From: Candidatus Saccharimonadota bacterium
GTDB lineage: Bacteria; Patescibacteriota; Saccharimonadia; Saccharimonadales; Saccharimonadaceae
DNA length: 32,000 nucleotides
Reading direction: 5' to 3'
NCBI GenBank assembly: GCA_020160975.1
Contig: JAIUPJ010000001.1
Location: forward strand, 270,001-302,000
The position numbers were made by a program, and so were the translations under genes. Below the pieces are notes generated by a model. That model did no database searches and was not told where the DNA came from. It worked only from the letters and a program-made list of their open reading frames with translations. The number at the start of each line of letters is the position of its first letter. Within the stretch, counting starts at the first letter, position 1. Positions 15,028 through 24,495 of this stretch are shown one piece after another.

Positions 15028-16098
15028 ATGCCAAAGATAAGCCTGAATCTGGACGAGCTAAAAGCCGAGAAACAATCGCTCGGCGATTTTTTGGCGCAAC
15101 CCGATGCTTATAGCGACCCCGATTTTACGACTAAGAACAAGCGCTTCACCGAGCTCGACAATGTCATCGCCAAAGTCTCTGAGCGTGAACAGCTCGAGAA
15201 AAACCTCATGGAGGCAAAAGAACTCTCGAGTGGCAGTGATGAACTGGCTGAACTCGCCAAGATGGAAATTAGCGAAACTGAACAAAAACTTGCCGCGCTC
15301 GAAGACGAGCTATTCATCATGCTCACCCCCAAAGATCCCAATGATGAAAAAAATATTATCATGGAAATTCGTGCTGGCGCTGGTGGCGACGAAGCATCAC
15401 TATTTGGCGCCGAGCTCTACCGTATGTATCTCCGTTGGTGTGAAGCGAATAGTTACAAAACCGAATTGATGAGCGAAAGCCCGAACGACACTGGTGGCTA
15501 CAAAGAAGTTATTTTTGCTATCAAGGGCGACGCACCCTACGCTAAGCTCAAGTTTGAGTCGGGCGTGCATCGTGTCCAGCGCGTGCCAGTGACCGAGAGC
15601 CAAGGCCGCATCCACACCAGTACGGTGACTGTGGCGGTGCTTCCTGAAGCTCAGGAAACCGATGTGGAAATTCATGCGAATGATCTCCGTGTCGATGTCT
15701 ACCGCGCTGGCGGACATGGCGGGCAAAGCGTCAATACCACCGACTCCGCCGTACGCATTACCCACATCCCAACAGGTCTCGTCGTGCAAAACCAAGACGA
15801 GAAATCTCAGATCAAAAACAAAGAAAAGGCCATGAGTGTCCTCCGCTCACGACTTCTCCAACTGAAAATAGATGAGGAAAATGCCAAACTCACCGCCGAG
15901 CGCCGCAACCTGATCGGCTCTGGCGACCGCTCTGAAAAAATCCGCACCTACAACTTCCCCCAAGACCGCATCACCGACCACCGTATTGGCTATTCACGTT
16001 CTGGAATCCCGCAAGCCATGAACGGGGACATCGACGACCTCATCGATCACCTGCAGGCTGCCGAGCGCGAGCTCAAGGCGCAGGGATCAGAAAATTAA
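15028..16098 (+). CDS. prfA: Peptide chain release factor 1
   Basis: The GGQ motif ([19 protein letters not shown]) and the RF1-type PxT tripeptide (RVPVTES). Confidence 0.95.
   Translation: MPKISLNLDELKAEKQSLGDFLAQPDAYSDPDFTTKNKRFTELDNVIAKVSEREQLEKNLMEAKELSSGSDELAELAKMEISETEQKLAALEDELFIMLTPKDPNDEKNIIMEIRAGAGGDEASLFGAELYRMYLRWCEANSYKTELMSESPNDTGGYKEVIFAIKGDAPYAKLKFESGVHRVQRVPVTESQGRIHTSTVTVAVLPEAQETDVEIHANDLRVDVYRAGGHGGQSVNTTDSAVRITHIPTGLVVQNQDEKSQIKNKEKAMSVLRSRLLQLKIDEENAKLTAERRNLIGSGDRSEKIRTYNFPQDRITDHRIGYSRSGIPQAMNGDIDDLIDHLQAAERELKAQGSEN
15065..15099 (+). repeat. Direct repeat copy 2 (inside the functional prfA)
   Basis: CCGAGAAACAATCGCTCGGCGATTTTTTGGCGCAA, 969 bp downstream of copy 1. 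Confidence 0.9.
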
Positions 16099-16153
16099 CA
16101 CGTAGATCTATCTGTATACTTTTTGTCATGAAAATTATATAATCCGAAACAGA

Positions 16154-16990
16154 ATGATAAAAAAGTCAAGAGGCACTATTGTTGAGATATGGGTGCGAGA
16201 TGCTGCCGAAATGTTGGCGAGCGTCGGTATTTCTTCGGCACTGCTTGATGCTGAGATCATTTTGGCACACACATTGCGCAAGAGCCGAACATGGCTTCAC
16301 GCACATGGCGATGAGCAGCTGAGCCTTCGTGAAAGAGAGATTGCCAGTGCACGGCTTGATCTGCGGCTCGACCGGACACCGATCGCCTATATCATCGGCC
16401 ACAAAGAATTTTATGGACGGCTTTTCAAGGTTTCGCCAAGCGTGTTGGTTCCCCGCCCAGAATCTGAGACAATTATCGAGTTGCTCGATAACCTGTGTGA
16501 CGGGTCGACAAAGACGCTTGTTGATGTTGGTACCGGCAGCGGCTGCCTGGGAATCACTGCTAAGTTGGAGCATCCCGAGCTGAAAGTGACCCTCACTGAC
16601 ATCAGTCACCACGCACTCGGCATTGCCGAGAAAAACGCCGAAACACTAGGCGCTACTATCGCAATCGTCAAAAATGACCTCCTGGTGCCAAATCCGCAGC
16701 TGCCGCCGCAGATCGACATCATCCTAGCAAATCTCCCCTACGTTGACCATAACTGGGAGCGCTCACCCGAGACAAACTACGAGCCTGAACTTGCGCTATT
16801 TGCCGACAAAGGCGGCCGAGCACTTATCGAGCGACTCTTACAAGAAGCCCCGCTCTACCTAGTCACTGGCGGCATACTCCTACTCGAAGCCGACCCAGAA
16901 CAGCACCACGGCTTGATCGTCCATGCAACAACCCTCGGCTACACACATGTGGTGACCGAGGGCTACTGCGTTGTATTACGACTCGGCTAA
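16154..16990 (+). CDS. prmC: Release-factor glutamine N5-methyltransferase (PrmC/HemK)
   Basis: SAM-binding VDVGTGSGCLGI, an NPPY-type motif as ANLPYV, and position directly after prfA. TATAAT lies 10 nt upstream of the ATG. Confidence 0.85.
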   Translation: MIKKSRGTIVEIWVRDAAEMLASVGISSALLDAEIILAHTLRKSRTWLHAHGDEQLSLREREIASARLDLRLDRTPIAYIIGHKEFYGRLFKVSPSVLVPRPESETIIELLDNLCDGSTKTLVDVGTGSGCLGITAKLEHPELKVTLTDISHHALGIAEKNAETLGATIAIVKNDLLVPNPQLPPQIDIILANLPYVDHNWERSPETNYEPELALFADKGGRALIERLLQEAPLYLVTGGILLLEADPEQHHGLIVHATTLGYTHVVTEGYCVVLRLG

Positions 16991-17042
16991 GGGCTAGTAT
17001 TGATTATCGGTGCTACAGTACAGGCAGCACAAGTGTTGTATG

Positions 17043-17077
17043 GCATTTTGTATTTTGTATTTTGTATTTTGTATTTT
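17043..17077. repeat. Heptanucleotide microsatellite, (G/C)(T/C)ATTTT x5
   Basis: GCATTTT GTATTTT GTATTTT GTATTTT GTATTTT, between the convergent prmC and htrA. Confidence 0.9.
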
Positions 17078-17145
17078 TCAATTCTAGAATCTAATATCAA
17101 AAATCTATTCTGTATTTTTCTCAGAACTCAGAGCTTCTTCCCACC

Positions 17146-18306
17146 TTAATCGCTCGGATACGCCGCCAGCGTGACTTTTGCGGTTAGCTCGCGTCCATCA
17201 CGAACAATCACGAGCTCCACCGTATCGCCTGGTGCGTACTCACCGATCAAGCTCGACACGCCCCCTTGGCGACCAACAGTCAGGCCGTTGATTTTCGTGA
17301 TGATGTCCTTGTCTTTGACCCCCGCTTTGTCAGCTGGGCCCTCAGACACTACTCCTGTTGCACTATTCTCTCCGCCGACGACATAGGCACCTTCGGTAAC
17401 GGACAAGTTGTATTGCTTGGCAACTGCGGCCGTCAGCGGTACATAGCGTAGTCCAAGATAGGCGCGTTGCACACCCTTTCCTGCCAGCACTGATTTGAGT
17501 GTACCTTTGGTGGCATTGATCGGAATCGCAAAACCAATTCCTTGGGCGTTGGCGGCTACCGCTGTGTTCATGCCAATCACCTGTCCGCTAACGTTGAGGA
17601 GCGGACCACCTGAGTTACCAGGATTAATGGCAGCATCGGTCTGCAGCAGATCAGTCAGCGACTCAGTGCTACCACCACTGCCATCGCCTGCCGACACAGG
17701 GCGACCCTTGCCTGATATAATGCCGCTGGTGACGGTGTTTTGATATTGTCCAAGTGAGTTACCGATGGCAATCACCTCCTGACCAATTCGTACCGTTGAC
17801 GAATCACCGAGGGTGGCAGCGCGAAGATCACTGACGCCGTCGATCTTGAGAAACGCCACATCATTGAGCGGATCAGTGCCTACTACTTGTACATCCTCGT
17901 GGGTCGTGCCATCCGCCATCACTACCTGTACCTTGCTGGCAGAGCTAATCACGTGACGATTCGTGAGGATATAGCCATCCTTGCTAACAACGATACCCGT
18001 CCCCGCTGCCTGCTGTGTGGCGGCGCCAAAAATCGTCTGGGTCGTGACATCGGTCACGATCGAAACTACGCTCGGCGAAACCTTGTCGGCAACCGAAGCA
18101 ATGACATCTTCTTGGCTGGTTTTGACGAGATTGCCATCGTCGCTCAACGTCTGCCGAGTCGTCACCGCACTGCGATTGGTGTGACTATAGTTGTACGCAA
18201 GCAATGCACCAATACCAATCAGTGCCCCTATTCCAAGAATAATTAACAATAGTATTATCCGCCGTATCGTTCTAAATAACCCCGGTCGCTTTGGTTCTTT
18301 CATCAT
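17146..18306 (-). CDS. htrA: HtrA/DegP-family trypsin-like serine protease with N-terminal TM anchor and C-terminal PDZ
   Basis: Catalytic triad context TNRHV / DVAFLKI / GNSGGPLLN, followed by a PDZ-like C-terminus. I place the start at ATGATG 18306, after SD GAGAGGAGAGG. The track ORF to 18513 overlaps the upstream gene. Confidence 0.88.
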   Translation of the reverse strand: MMKEPKRPGLFRTIRRIILLLIILGIGALIGIGALLAYNYSHTNRSAVTTRQTLSDDGNLVKTSQEDVIASVADKVSPSVVSIVTDVTTQTIFGAATQQAAGTGIVVSKDGYILTNRHVISSASKVQVVMADGTTHEDVQVVGTDPLNDVAFLKIDGVSDLRAATLGDSSTVRIGQEVIAIGNSLGQYQNTVTSGIISGKGRPVSAGDGSGGSTESLTDLLQTDAAINPGNSGGPLLNVSGQVIGMNTAVAANAQGIGFAIPINATKGTLKSVLAGKGVQRAYLGLRYVPLTAAVAKQYNLSVTEGAYVVGGENSATGVVSEGPADKAGVKDKDIITKINGLTVGRQGGVSSLIGEYAPGDTVELVIVRDGRELTAKVTLAAYPSD

Positions 18307-18319
18307 CCTCTCCTCTCTA

Positions 18320-19099
18320 CTAAAGTGCGTTACTGCCATTGATGACAGCCAAGACATACACCATCGCCAGTATGCCCGCCGTGAGCACAAATGGTGCCAA
18401 GATGTCCTGGCGTCGTACAACTCCATGGCGATGATAACTCGCGTATGCGCGCTCGGCATCAAAGCAAAACAACACCATAAACAATGCAAGCTGCGATAGT
18501 TGGATCGTACCAAATCCCGGCAACGGATAGGCCATCATCCAGTGAAATCCGATCCAGCCCATTTCAGCAAATAGCGCTCCGCCTACGAGGCTATACATCA
18601 TCGTCAGTGGCTCTTCATAGCTTCCCAGCACGTGACGAATTGTCACATACCCAATCACCCACATGCCTGCCACGAACAACAGCGAGTCCCATGAGTACGA
18701 GATCATTGATAGTGCTGTCACCCCGAGAAAAACCGCGATACCCGCTTGTGCTGCCACAAAACTGCGCTTGGAACGCGGCTTGATGAGTAGTAGCCAGATG
18801 ATGTACAGCACCGTCAAGGCGATCTGCAGCCACAACGATCCATTTGCCCCATAGAGCAACACCACCATACTAACTCCCACGATGATGTCTACCATGTTGG
18901 CCACTAGATTGGCGAACCAAAATCGCGGACGAACCGCCAGCGCTCGCCATTTGCTCATCAGTACCACCACCACAGCCAGCCACGGCGACTGACCAACCAA
19001 TACAATAACCAGCAAGGCGACAGCGAGGCCAACATTCAGCGTAACGTACGCCGCCTCACTAAGTTTAGAGCGGCGTTTGTGAGCTTTGAGCAAATCCAT
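18320..19099 (-). CDS. Hypothetical polytopic membrane protein (about 7-8 TM)
   Basis: 259 aa and highly hydrophobic. It lies in an apparent operon between the LCP gene and htrA. I recognise no motif. Confidence 0.6.
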   Translation of the reverse strand: MDLLKAHKRRSKLSEAAYVTLNVGLAVALLVIVLVGQSPWLAVVVVLMSKWRALAVRPRFWFANLVANMVDIIVGVSMVVLLYGANGSLWLQIALTVLYIIWLLLIKPRSKRSFVAAQAGIAVFLGVTALSMISYSWDSLLFVAGMWVIGYVTIRHVLGSYEEPLTMMYSLVGGALFAEMGWIGFHWMMAYPLPGFGTIQLSQLALFMVLFCFDAERAYASYHRHGVVRRQDILAPFVLTAGILAMVYVLAVINGSNAL

Positions 19100-19121
19100 A
19101 GTTCAGTACCTATTGTACCAT

Positions 19122-20771
19122 CTACTCGTTGCTACTGTCAGCCTGTCCCACTACGACTACGAATTGTACGTCATCGGCCACGCCAAATTGCGCCAATCCA
19201 AGAGTTGGTTTGCCGTACAGCGCCGTTAGTTTGGCGCGCGTTGCTGGAGCGCTCGTCGCATCGCGCGCGTAGAGAGCGCGGCGCGGATAATTCCCAGCTG
19301 GCGCATTGTCAACGCCATCAATCGTGAAGCCCATACCAGCTAGTTTGTCACCAGCTATCTGCGCGGCGCCTACCACTCCACTGCCATTTAGCACAACAAT
19401 GCTCGCGTTTTCTTTGGTGGCAGCATCGGCATTGATCTGCTTGCGAATATAGCTCGCAATATCGGTATAGTCTGCGATTCCCGCCACTGGCCGCACGATA
19501 CTAATGCCGCTGATATTGCCCGTGGTCATCATCGGCTCTTTGTCGTCGACAAGATTGATCGAGGTGATCGATCCCGTCTGGACATTGTTCGCGAGTGTCA
19601 GGAGCGTGCTGACTTCGCTGGTCTCAAAATTCGTGTTGAGATTGTTCCCGAGAGCATCGATTAACCCCGTTATTTTTGCAGGATTTGTTAGCGTACCAGC
19701 GCTCAAGGCTTTTTCGCGAAGTGCTACCATGACTTTTTGCTGATTTTTTTCACGGTCAAAGTTGCCATTGGGCAAGCCATAGCCACCTTGGGCATTGCGG
19801 GCACGCATAAATGCCAACGCGTGCTCCCCGTCCATATGGGCGACCTCACCATTTTTATATTTGACGTAATAACACTTGTAGTTGCATTTCCAGTCAAAGT
19901 TCCGGTCGAGAATACCATTTGGATCAGATGATTCAATTTTGACATCGACTCCACCCACCGCATCGACTGCTTGACGCACCACTGTATAGTTGACGTGTAC
20001 CTGGTATTGAATATCAAGGCCGGTTACTTCGGCAACTTTTTTGCTCAGTGCTACCTCGCCCGCTCGCTGATCGTCACCATTGTCAGAATAACAGCCAAAT
20101 AGCTCATTAATTTTGCCCTCATATCCAGAGTTACACGCTGCCCCGTATTTGACCCACAGGTCACGCGGTATGCTCACCATGAACGCATCTTTTTTGTCCT
20201 GATTGACACTCAGTACCATGATTGAGTCAGTCAAAAATGCACCTGGGTGCTCGCCCCCTTCGTCATCTTCAGATGTGCCAAATATCAGAACGTTCGTGCG
20301 CCCATATGTATCAGCTTTGAGCTTTTTTGCCTGAATAATGTCAAAAATATCGCCATTGAACACAGAACTACCTGCCATGATCGTCCTGAGACCAATCCAT
20401 CCAGTGATGCCAATACCGATCAGCATGACGAGAAGAACTGCCATCCACAGTAATTTCTTGCGCTTGGCAAACAGTCGACCTCGTCGGTGGTTTTTTTGCG
20501 GAACTGGCGCATCGGTGTCGATACTTTTGAGCGAGTCATCGATGTCACTACGTCGCAAGCCGGAGTCATGACGTGTTAAGCCGTGGTCTGTCTGCAGCAC
20601 ACCGTGTGTTCCTTGGCTGGCATGCGACTCAGGTGCCGCGGTTGTTTCTCGTCGCTTCAATCCATAGGGCGAAGTATCGTTCTTTAGCTCCACCCCATCA
20701 CGAAATGACCCGCCAATGTTACTAGCCGAGCGCCTCGGAATAAAGCCGTCCATCGTTGGTTTTTTCGCCAT
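19122..20771 (-). CDS. LytR-CpsA-Psr (LCP) family cell-envelope phosphotransferase with N-terminal TM anchor and LytR_C-like tail
   Basis: TDSIMVLSVNQDKKDAFMVSIPRDLWV and GGYGLPNGNFDR are typical of the LCP catalytic domain. SD GAGGGAAG is upstream. Confidence 0.8.
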   Translation of the reverse strand: MAKKPTMDGFIPRRSASNIGGSFRDGVELKNDTSPYGLKRRETTAAPESHASQGTHGVLQTDHGLTRHDSGLRRSDIDDSLKSIDTDAPVPQKNHRRGRLFAKRKKLLWMAVLLVMLIGIGITGWIGLRTIMAGSSVFNGDIFDIIQAKKLKADTYGRTNVLIFGTSEDDEGGEHPGAFLTDSIMVLSVNQDKKDAFMVSIPRDLWVKYGAACNSGYEGKINELFGCYSDNGDDQRAGEVALSKKVAEVTGLDIQYQVHVNYTVVRQAVDAVGGVDVKIESSDPNGILDRNFDWKCNYKCYYVKYKNGEVAHMDGEHALAFMRARNAQGGYGLPNGNFDREKNQQKVMVALREKALSAGTLTNPAKITGLIDALGNNLNTNFETSEVSTLLTLANNVQTGSITSINLVDDKEPMMTTGNISGISIVRPVAGIADYTDIASYIRKQINADAATKENASIVVLNGSGVVGAAQIAGDKLAGMGFTIDGVDNAPAGNYPRRALYARDATSAPATRAKLTALYGKPTLGLAQFGVADDVQFVVVVGQADSSNE

Positions 20772-20868
20772 TACTTCCCTCTACTATAGCGGTTTTAAGG
20801 TTATTTTGAAATGCAAAATCCTCATGTTTTTATATGATTTTCACCTCTACTCCTGTATAGTAAGGGAA

Positions 20869-21480
20869 ATGGAAGCAAGTTTTCTCGATCGCCACCCTCG
20901 TGTCAAAGACGGGCTAAATTTTGCTGGCTTTATACTTATCGTGTTTGTCGGTACGATTCTCATCAACACCTTTGTATTTCGCAGTTTCTCAGTATCTGGC
21001 CACAGCATGGACAAGACTTTGAGTGACGGTGATCGTTTGATCGTGAATCGACTGCCGATTACTGCCGCTCAAATGAAGAACAAATCGTACATACCCGAAC
21101 GAGGCCAAATTATTGTCTTCAAAAATCCACGATTCGTAGCCGGAACTGTCGATGAATACATCGTCAAGCGCGTTATAGCCTTTCCAGGCGAACGCGTGAC
21201 CGTCAATGGCGGAATATTGACTGTCTATAACAGCCAATACCCCGACGGTCATGTCTACGACGATGACTATCGCAAAGGAAGCATCGGTCCGCAGTCACCA
21301 GTGAGCGGCGAAGGGCTTGATACAACTGTTCCTGACGGCACCCTATTCGTTAGTGGAGATAATCGCATTGACGGCCATTCATATGACTCCCGTAGTGGGC
21401 TTGGTACGATTCCCTACTTCGATGTCGTTGGCCCTGTCGCACTTCGCATCTGGCCAATACCTAGTTTTAGTGTCTTTTAG
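20869..21480 (+). CDS. lepB: Signal peptidase I
   Basis: SVSGHSMDKTL (catalytic Ser), YIVKRVIAFPGERV (catalytic Lys) and GDNRIDGHSYDSR. I place the start at ATG 20869 after AAGGG. Confidence 0.88.
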   Translation: MEASFLDRHPRVKDGLNFAGFILIVFVGTILINTFVFRSFSVSGHSMDKTLSDGDRLIVNRLPITAAQMKNKSYIPERGQIIVFKNPRFVAGTVDEYIVKRVIAFPGERVTVNGGILTVYNSQYPDGHVYDDDYRKGSIGPQSPVSGEGLDTTVPDGTLFVSGDNRIDGHSYDSRSGLGTIPYFDVVGPVALRIWPIPSFSVF

Positions 21481-22373
21481 CCAAGCAGTTTACTGAGACG
21501 ATCGAGCTCGGCGTTGTTTTTGTAGCGAATAACGATCTGCCCTGACCCACGTGCCGTGGATTTTAGTTGGACAGTCGTGCCAAATCGCTTACTCAAGTGG
21601 TCTATCGTTTGCTGGTACTTTGGGGCCAGAGCTGTTTCTGCTTTGTGACCAAGCGGATTTTTCAGGGCTCGTTTGAGTGCCGAAACATGCTGCTCGATGG
21701 CTCGCGCACTCCAATCTTCCTCGATGATACGGGGAAATAGCTTATCTATCAACTCTTCATCTAGGTTGATGAGGGGCCTGGCTTGTCCTTCACTCAATTT
21801 TCCCTCGGCTAGAGCCAGCCGAACAGCCTGCGGCAGTCGCAGAAGTCGAAGTGTGTTACTGATAGCCGCCACCGATTTGCCGCCGACACGTTGACCGATC
21901 TGATCAAGTGTCAGGTTAAACTGGTCGCGAAGTTTCAGATATGCCGTAGCAGTCTCGAGCGGGTTGAGATCGCGTCGTTGCAAGTTCTCGATGAGCGAGA
22001 CTTCGAGCTTGTGTTGGTCAGTCAGGGTGCGTACCAGCGCCGGGATCTTGTCCAGCCCAACAAGCTCGGCTGCCCGATAGCGTCGCTCTCCCGCTACAAT
22101 CATGTAGTTGCCCTTGTGAGGCGTCACGACGATTGGCTGCAACAGACCATGCTCACGAATTGATTCGGCCAGCTCGTGCAGTGACATTTCGTCAAAACTG
22201 CGTCGCGGCTGGTCGGGATCGGGCGAAATTTCGCTTAGTTTAATATGACGCAGGTCACTGACATGCTCGTCTTGCTCGGCAGTCGGATCAAATGATTCAT
22301 CTAAAATATCCGTAGGAATCAGCGAAGCAAAACCCCGCCCCAATGCTAATTTGGCTGATTTTTTAGCCGACAC
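21477..22373 (-). CDS. parB: Chromosome partitioning protein ParB/Spo0J
   Basis: LLQPIVV, GERRYRAA and an HTH region. It overlaps parA by 11 nt. Confidence 0.9.
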   Translation of the reverse strand: MSAKKSAKLALGRGFASLIPTDILDESFDPTAEQDEHVSDLRHIKLSEISPDPDQPRRSFDEMSLHELAESIREHGLLQPIVVTPHKGNYMIVAGERRYRAAELVGLDKIPALVRTLTDQHKLEVSLIENLQRRDLNPLETATAYLKLRDQFNLTLDQIGQRVGGKSVAAISNTLRLLRLPQAVRLALAEGKLSEGQARPLINLDEELIDKLFPRIIEEDWSARAIEQHVSALKRALKNPLGHKAETALAPKYQQTIDHLSKRFGTTVQLKSTARGSGQIVIRYKNNAELDRLSKLLG

Positions 22374-23127
22374 GCTCTATCACCTCCTTGGTTACTGCCT
22401 TGTACGCCCGTGCACCCTTGCTCCAGCGATCATAGGCGCCAATTGGCACGCCGTGGCTCGGCGCTTCAGCCAAGCGCACATTGCGCGGAATTGTCGTTTT
22501 AAATACTTTAGCTGGAAAATGCTTGGTAATCTCGGCAAGCACTTGTGTGCTCAGTGAGGTGCGGCTATCGACCATGGTTGGCAATACACCAATGAGGTCA
22601 AGCGTCGGGTTGAGGCTCTTGCGAACCAGTTTCATCGTCTCAAGTAGTTGGCCAAGGCCTTCGAGCGCATAGAATTCTGCCTGTACCGGCAAGAGCACGT
22701 AGCGCGCCGCAATCAGCCCATTGACGGTCAATAGGCTCAAGCTGGGCGGGCAGTCGACAATCACAAAATCATAGGAATCTTGTAATGGCTGCAGGGCTAG
22801 CTTGAGACGCCCAAATCGCTGCTCGGCTTGCGCCAGTTCTACCTCAGTATTTGCGAGCGTCGGCATAGTCGGCGCGAGCGACAAATTCTTGTGTTCGGTT
22901 GGCATAACAACATTGGCAAGCGGCATAGCACCCGTAATTACATCGGTCATCGTTGCTTGGAGATCATTTTTGTCTATCCCAAGCCCGCTCGTGGCATTTC
23001 CCTGAGGGTCAAAGTCGATCAGCAATGTGCGCTGCCCCATTTTTGCCAAATAATAGGCAATATTAATCGAGCTTGTCGTCTTGCCGACACCGCCTTTTTG
23101 ATTCGTCACTGCAATTACTGTTGCCAC
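22363..23127 (-). CDS. parA: Chromosome partitioning ATPase ParA/Soj
   Basis: The deviant Walker A is NQKGGVGKTT. I place the start at GTG 23127 (VATVIAVTNQKGG...) because the track start (TTG 23193) lies upstream of the predicted promoter. Confidence 0.85.
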   Translation of the reverse strand: MATVIAVTNQKGGVGKTTSSINIAYYLAKMGQRTLLIDFDPQGNATSGLGIDKNDLQATMTDVITGAMPLANVVMPTEHKNLSLAPTMPTLANTEVELAQAEQRFGRLKLALQPLQDSYDFVIVDCPPSLSLLTVNGLIAARYVLLPVQAEFYALEGLGQLLETMKLVRKSLNPTLDLIGVLPTMVDSRTSLSTQVLAEITKHFPAKVFKTTIPRNVRLAEAPSHGVPIGAYDRWSKGARAYKAVTKEVIERVG

Positions 23128-23160
23128 GTTCCTTTTTGTTCCCTCTCTTGTTCTTTCTAT

Positions 23161-23169
23161 AGTATACCA
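23161..23169 (-). promoter_or_regulatory. Extended -10 element upstream of parAB
   Basis: TGGTATACT on the minus strand, about 34 nt upstream of the GTG start. Confidence 0.4.
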
Positions 23170-23272
23170 TGAGCTTTTCACGACACACCACAAACAGTGA
23201 CATCACTCCTAAGCAAGCCGACTATCAATGATATAAAACGGCTTTGCCAGGAGTTTTTGGGAGAGATGATCA

Positions 23273-23302
23273 TAAAAAACGCCCCTTCCGGGGCGCTTTT
23301 TT
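23273..23302 (-). terminator. Intrinsic terminator after rplU
   Basis: On the minus strand: AAAAAAGCGCCCC-GGAA-GGGGCGTTTTTT, overlapping the rplU stop codon. Confidence 0.75.
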
Positions 23303-23606
23303 ATTTAATACTCGCGATTTCAATCTTTGAATATTTCTGGCGATGGCCAGTTTGGGTGTTGACGCGTTTTTTGCTCTTGTAGCGAATCACGCGGATTTTG
23401 TCGCCGGCGACACGCTCGTCGACAACCTTTGCTTTCACTTTCACACCTTTCACGAGTGGCGCACCGACCGTGGTCTTGTCGCCATCGATTACGAGAAGTG
23501 CGTCGAGATCGAGCTCTTTTGTGCCTTCAGGGAGGAGGTCCACCATGAGGGTCTCTTTTTCGCTGACAAGATACTGCTTGCCACCGACTTTCACGACTGC
23601 TTTCAT
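23301..23606 (-). CDS. rplU: 50S ribosomal protein L21
   Basis: MKAVVKVGGKQYLVSEKE...RVIRYKSKKR..GHRQ is typical of L21. No rpmA follows it. Confidence 0.93.
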   Translation of the reverse strand: MKAVVKVGGKQYLVSEKETLMVDLLPEGTKELDLDALLVIDGDKTTVGAPLVKGVKVKAKVVDERVAGDKIRVIRYKSKKRVNTQTGHRQKYSKIEIASIK

Positions 23607-23640
23607 AACTATTCCTTTAGAATTATTGATTCAGGTACTG

Positions 23641-23669
23641 ATTGTAACAGATAAGGGCTTGCTTTTCAA
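23641..23669 (-). promoter_or_regulatory. Sigma-70-type promoter for rplU
   Basis: On the minus strand: TTGAAA (23669-23664), a 17-nt spacer, TACAAT (23646-23641). The leader contains SD AAAGGAA. Confidence 0.55.
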
Positions 23670-24481
23670 GTGTCTCCGAGTACAACTCGGTTGGCATGCA
23701 GCCAGCCATCAGTATTGCCACCATCGAGGTACTGGCCAACTGCCGTATGGACGACAACTCGACCGCCCCTCTGAACGTAATCATTGATAGCGTCAATAAT
23801 GTAATATTCGCCGCCCTTGTCAGCTTCGACTATTTTGGCCATCTCTATGACCTCTTTGGTGAGCACATACTTGCTCGGGTTGATAAGGTTGCTCGGGGCA
23901 TCTTCGGGGGCCGGCTTTTCGACCATGCGCTCGTAGTAACCATCATCGCTTTTAACAATGACGCCGTAGCGACTCACGTCTTCGGTAGAAACCTCCACCG
24001 CCATGACTCCGCAGTCGCCTTCAGGTGTCGCTTCGATAAGCCGCTTCACTTCGCTCGAACCATCGGAGTTATAGATGAAATCATCACCCATGAGCACCAC
24101 TGCCGACTCGCCCTCATCGATAAAGTCAGCTGCAAGCGCCACAGGCACTGCTGTGCCGTACTTACCATAGCTTGGTTGCGTGATAAAATGCAGTTTCACC
24201 CCTGCGAGTGGCGCAACAAGCGGTAGCTTGTCAGCTTTGCCATTTCGTTTCAGGTAATCATTGAGCTTGATATTGCTCCGATAGTAGTTCTGTAGCTGAT
24301 CGCTATCCTCGCCCACCACAAATATCAGCTCGGTGATACCCGCCGCCAAACAATCTTGTACTACGTAGTCAACCAGCGGCCGGTCGCCGATCGGCAGCAT
24401 GCATTTCTCGATCGTTTTGGTAATCGGCAGTCGCCTGGTTCCCCAGCCTGCTACTGGAATGATTGCTTTTGTGATTGCCAT
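23666..24481 (-). CDS. galU: UTP-glucose-1-phosphate uridylyltransferase-like sugar nucleotidyltransferase
   Basis: N-terminal AIIPVAGWGTRRLPITKTIEKCMLPI (the GxGTRxLPxTK motif). I place the start at ATG 24481 (MAITKAI...). CATAAT lies 6 nt upstream and there is no SD. Confidence 0.8.
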   Translation of the reverse strand: MAITKAIIPVAGWGTRRLPITKTIEKCMLPIGDRPLVDYVVQDCLAAGITELIFVVGEDSDQLQNYYRSNIKLNDYLKRNGKADKLPLVAPLAGVKLHFITQPSYGKYGTAVPVALAADFIDEGESAVVLMGDDFIYNSDGSSEVKRLIEATPEGDCGVMAVEVSTEDVSRYGVIVKSDDGYYERMVEKPAPEDAPSNLINPSKYVLTKEVIEMAKIVEADKGGEYYIIDAINDYVQRGGRVVVHTAVGQYLDGGNTDGWLHANRVVLGDT

Positions 24482-24495
24482 AGAATTATTATGAA

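Noticed and set aside
18307-18513. N-terminal extensions of track ORFs (htrA to 18513, proS to 2618, galU to 24559, nudix to 29604, pspC to 25197, lepB from 20716, recF from 6686, parA to 23193, tsf to 9436)
   Set aside because: The extensions overlap neighbouring genes, promoters or terminators, and they lack homology-like sequence. Internal starts with SD or -10 context fit the conserved N-termini better.
23171-23190. parS-like half site (TTTTCACGACACA against the consensus TGTTTCACGTGAAACA) upstream of parA
   Set aside because: Only one half resembles the consensus and the sequence is not palindromic. I found no full parS match anywhere in the window by eye.
23197-23382. 61-aa + strand ORF between parA and rplU
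   Set aside because: It spans the rplU terminator and runs antisense into rplU. It has no SD and no motifs.
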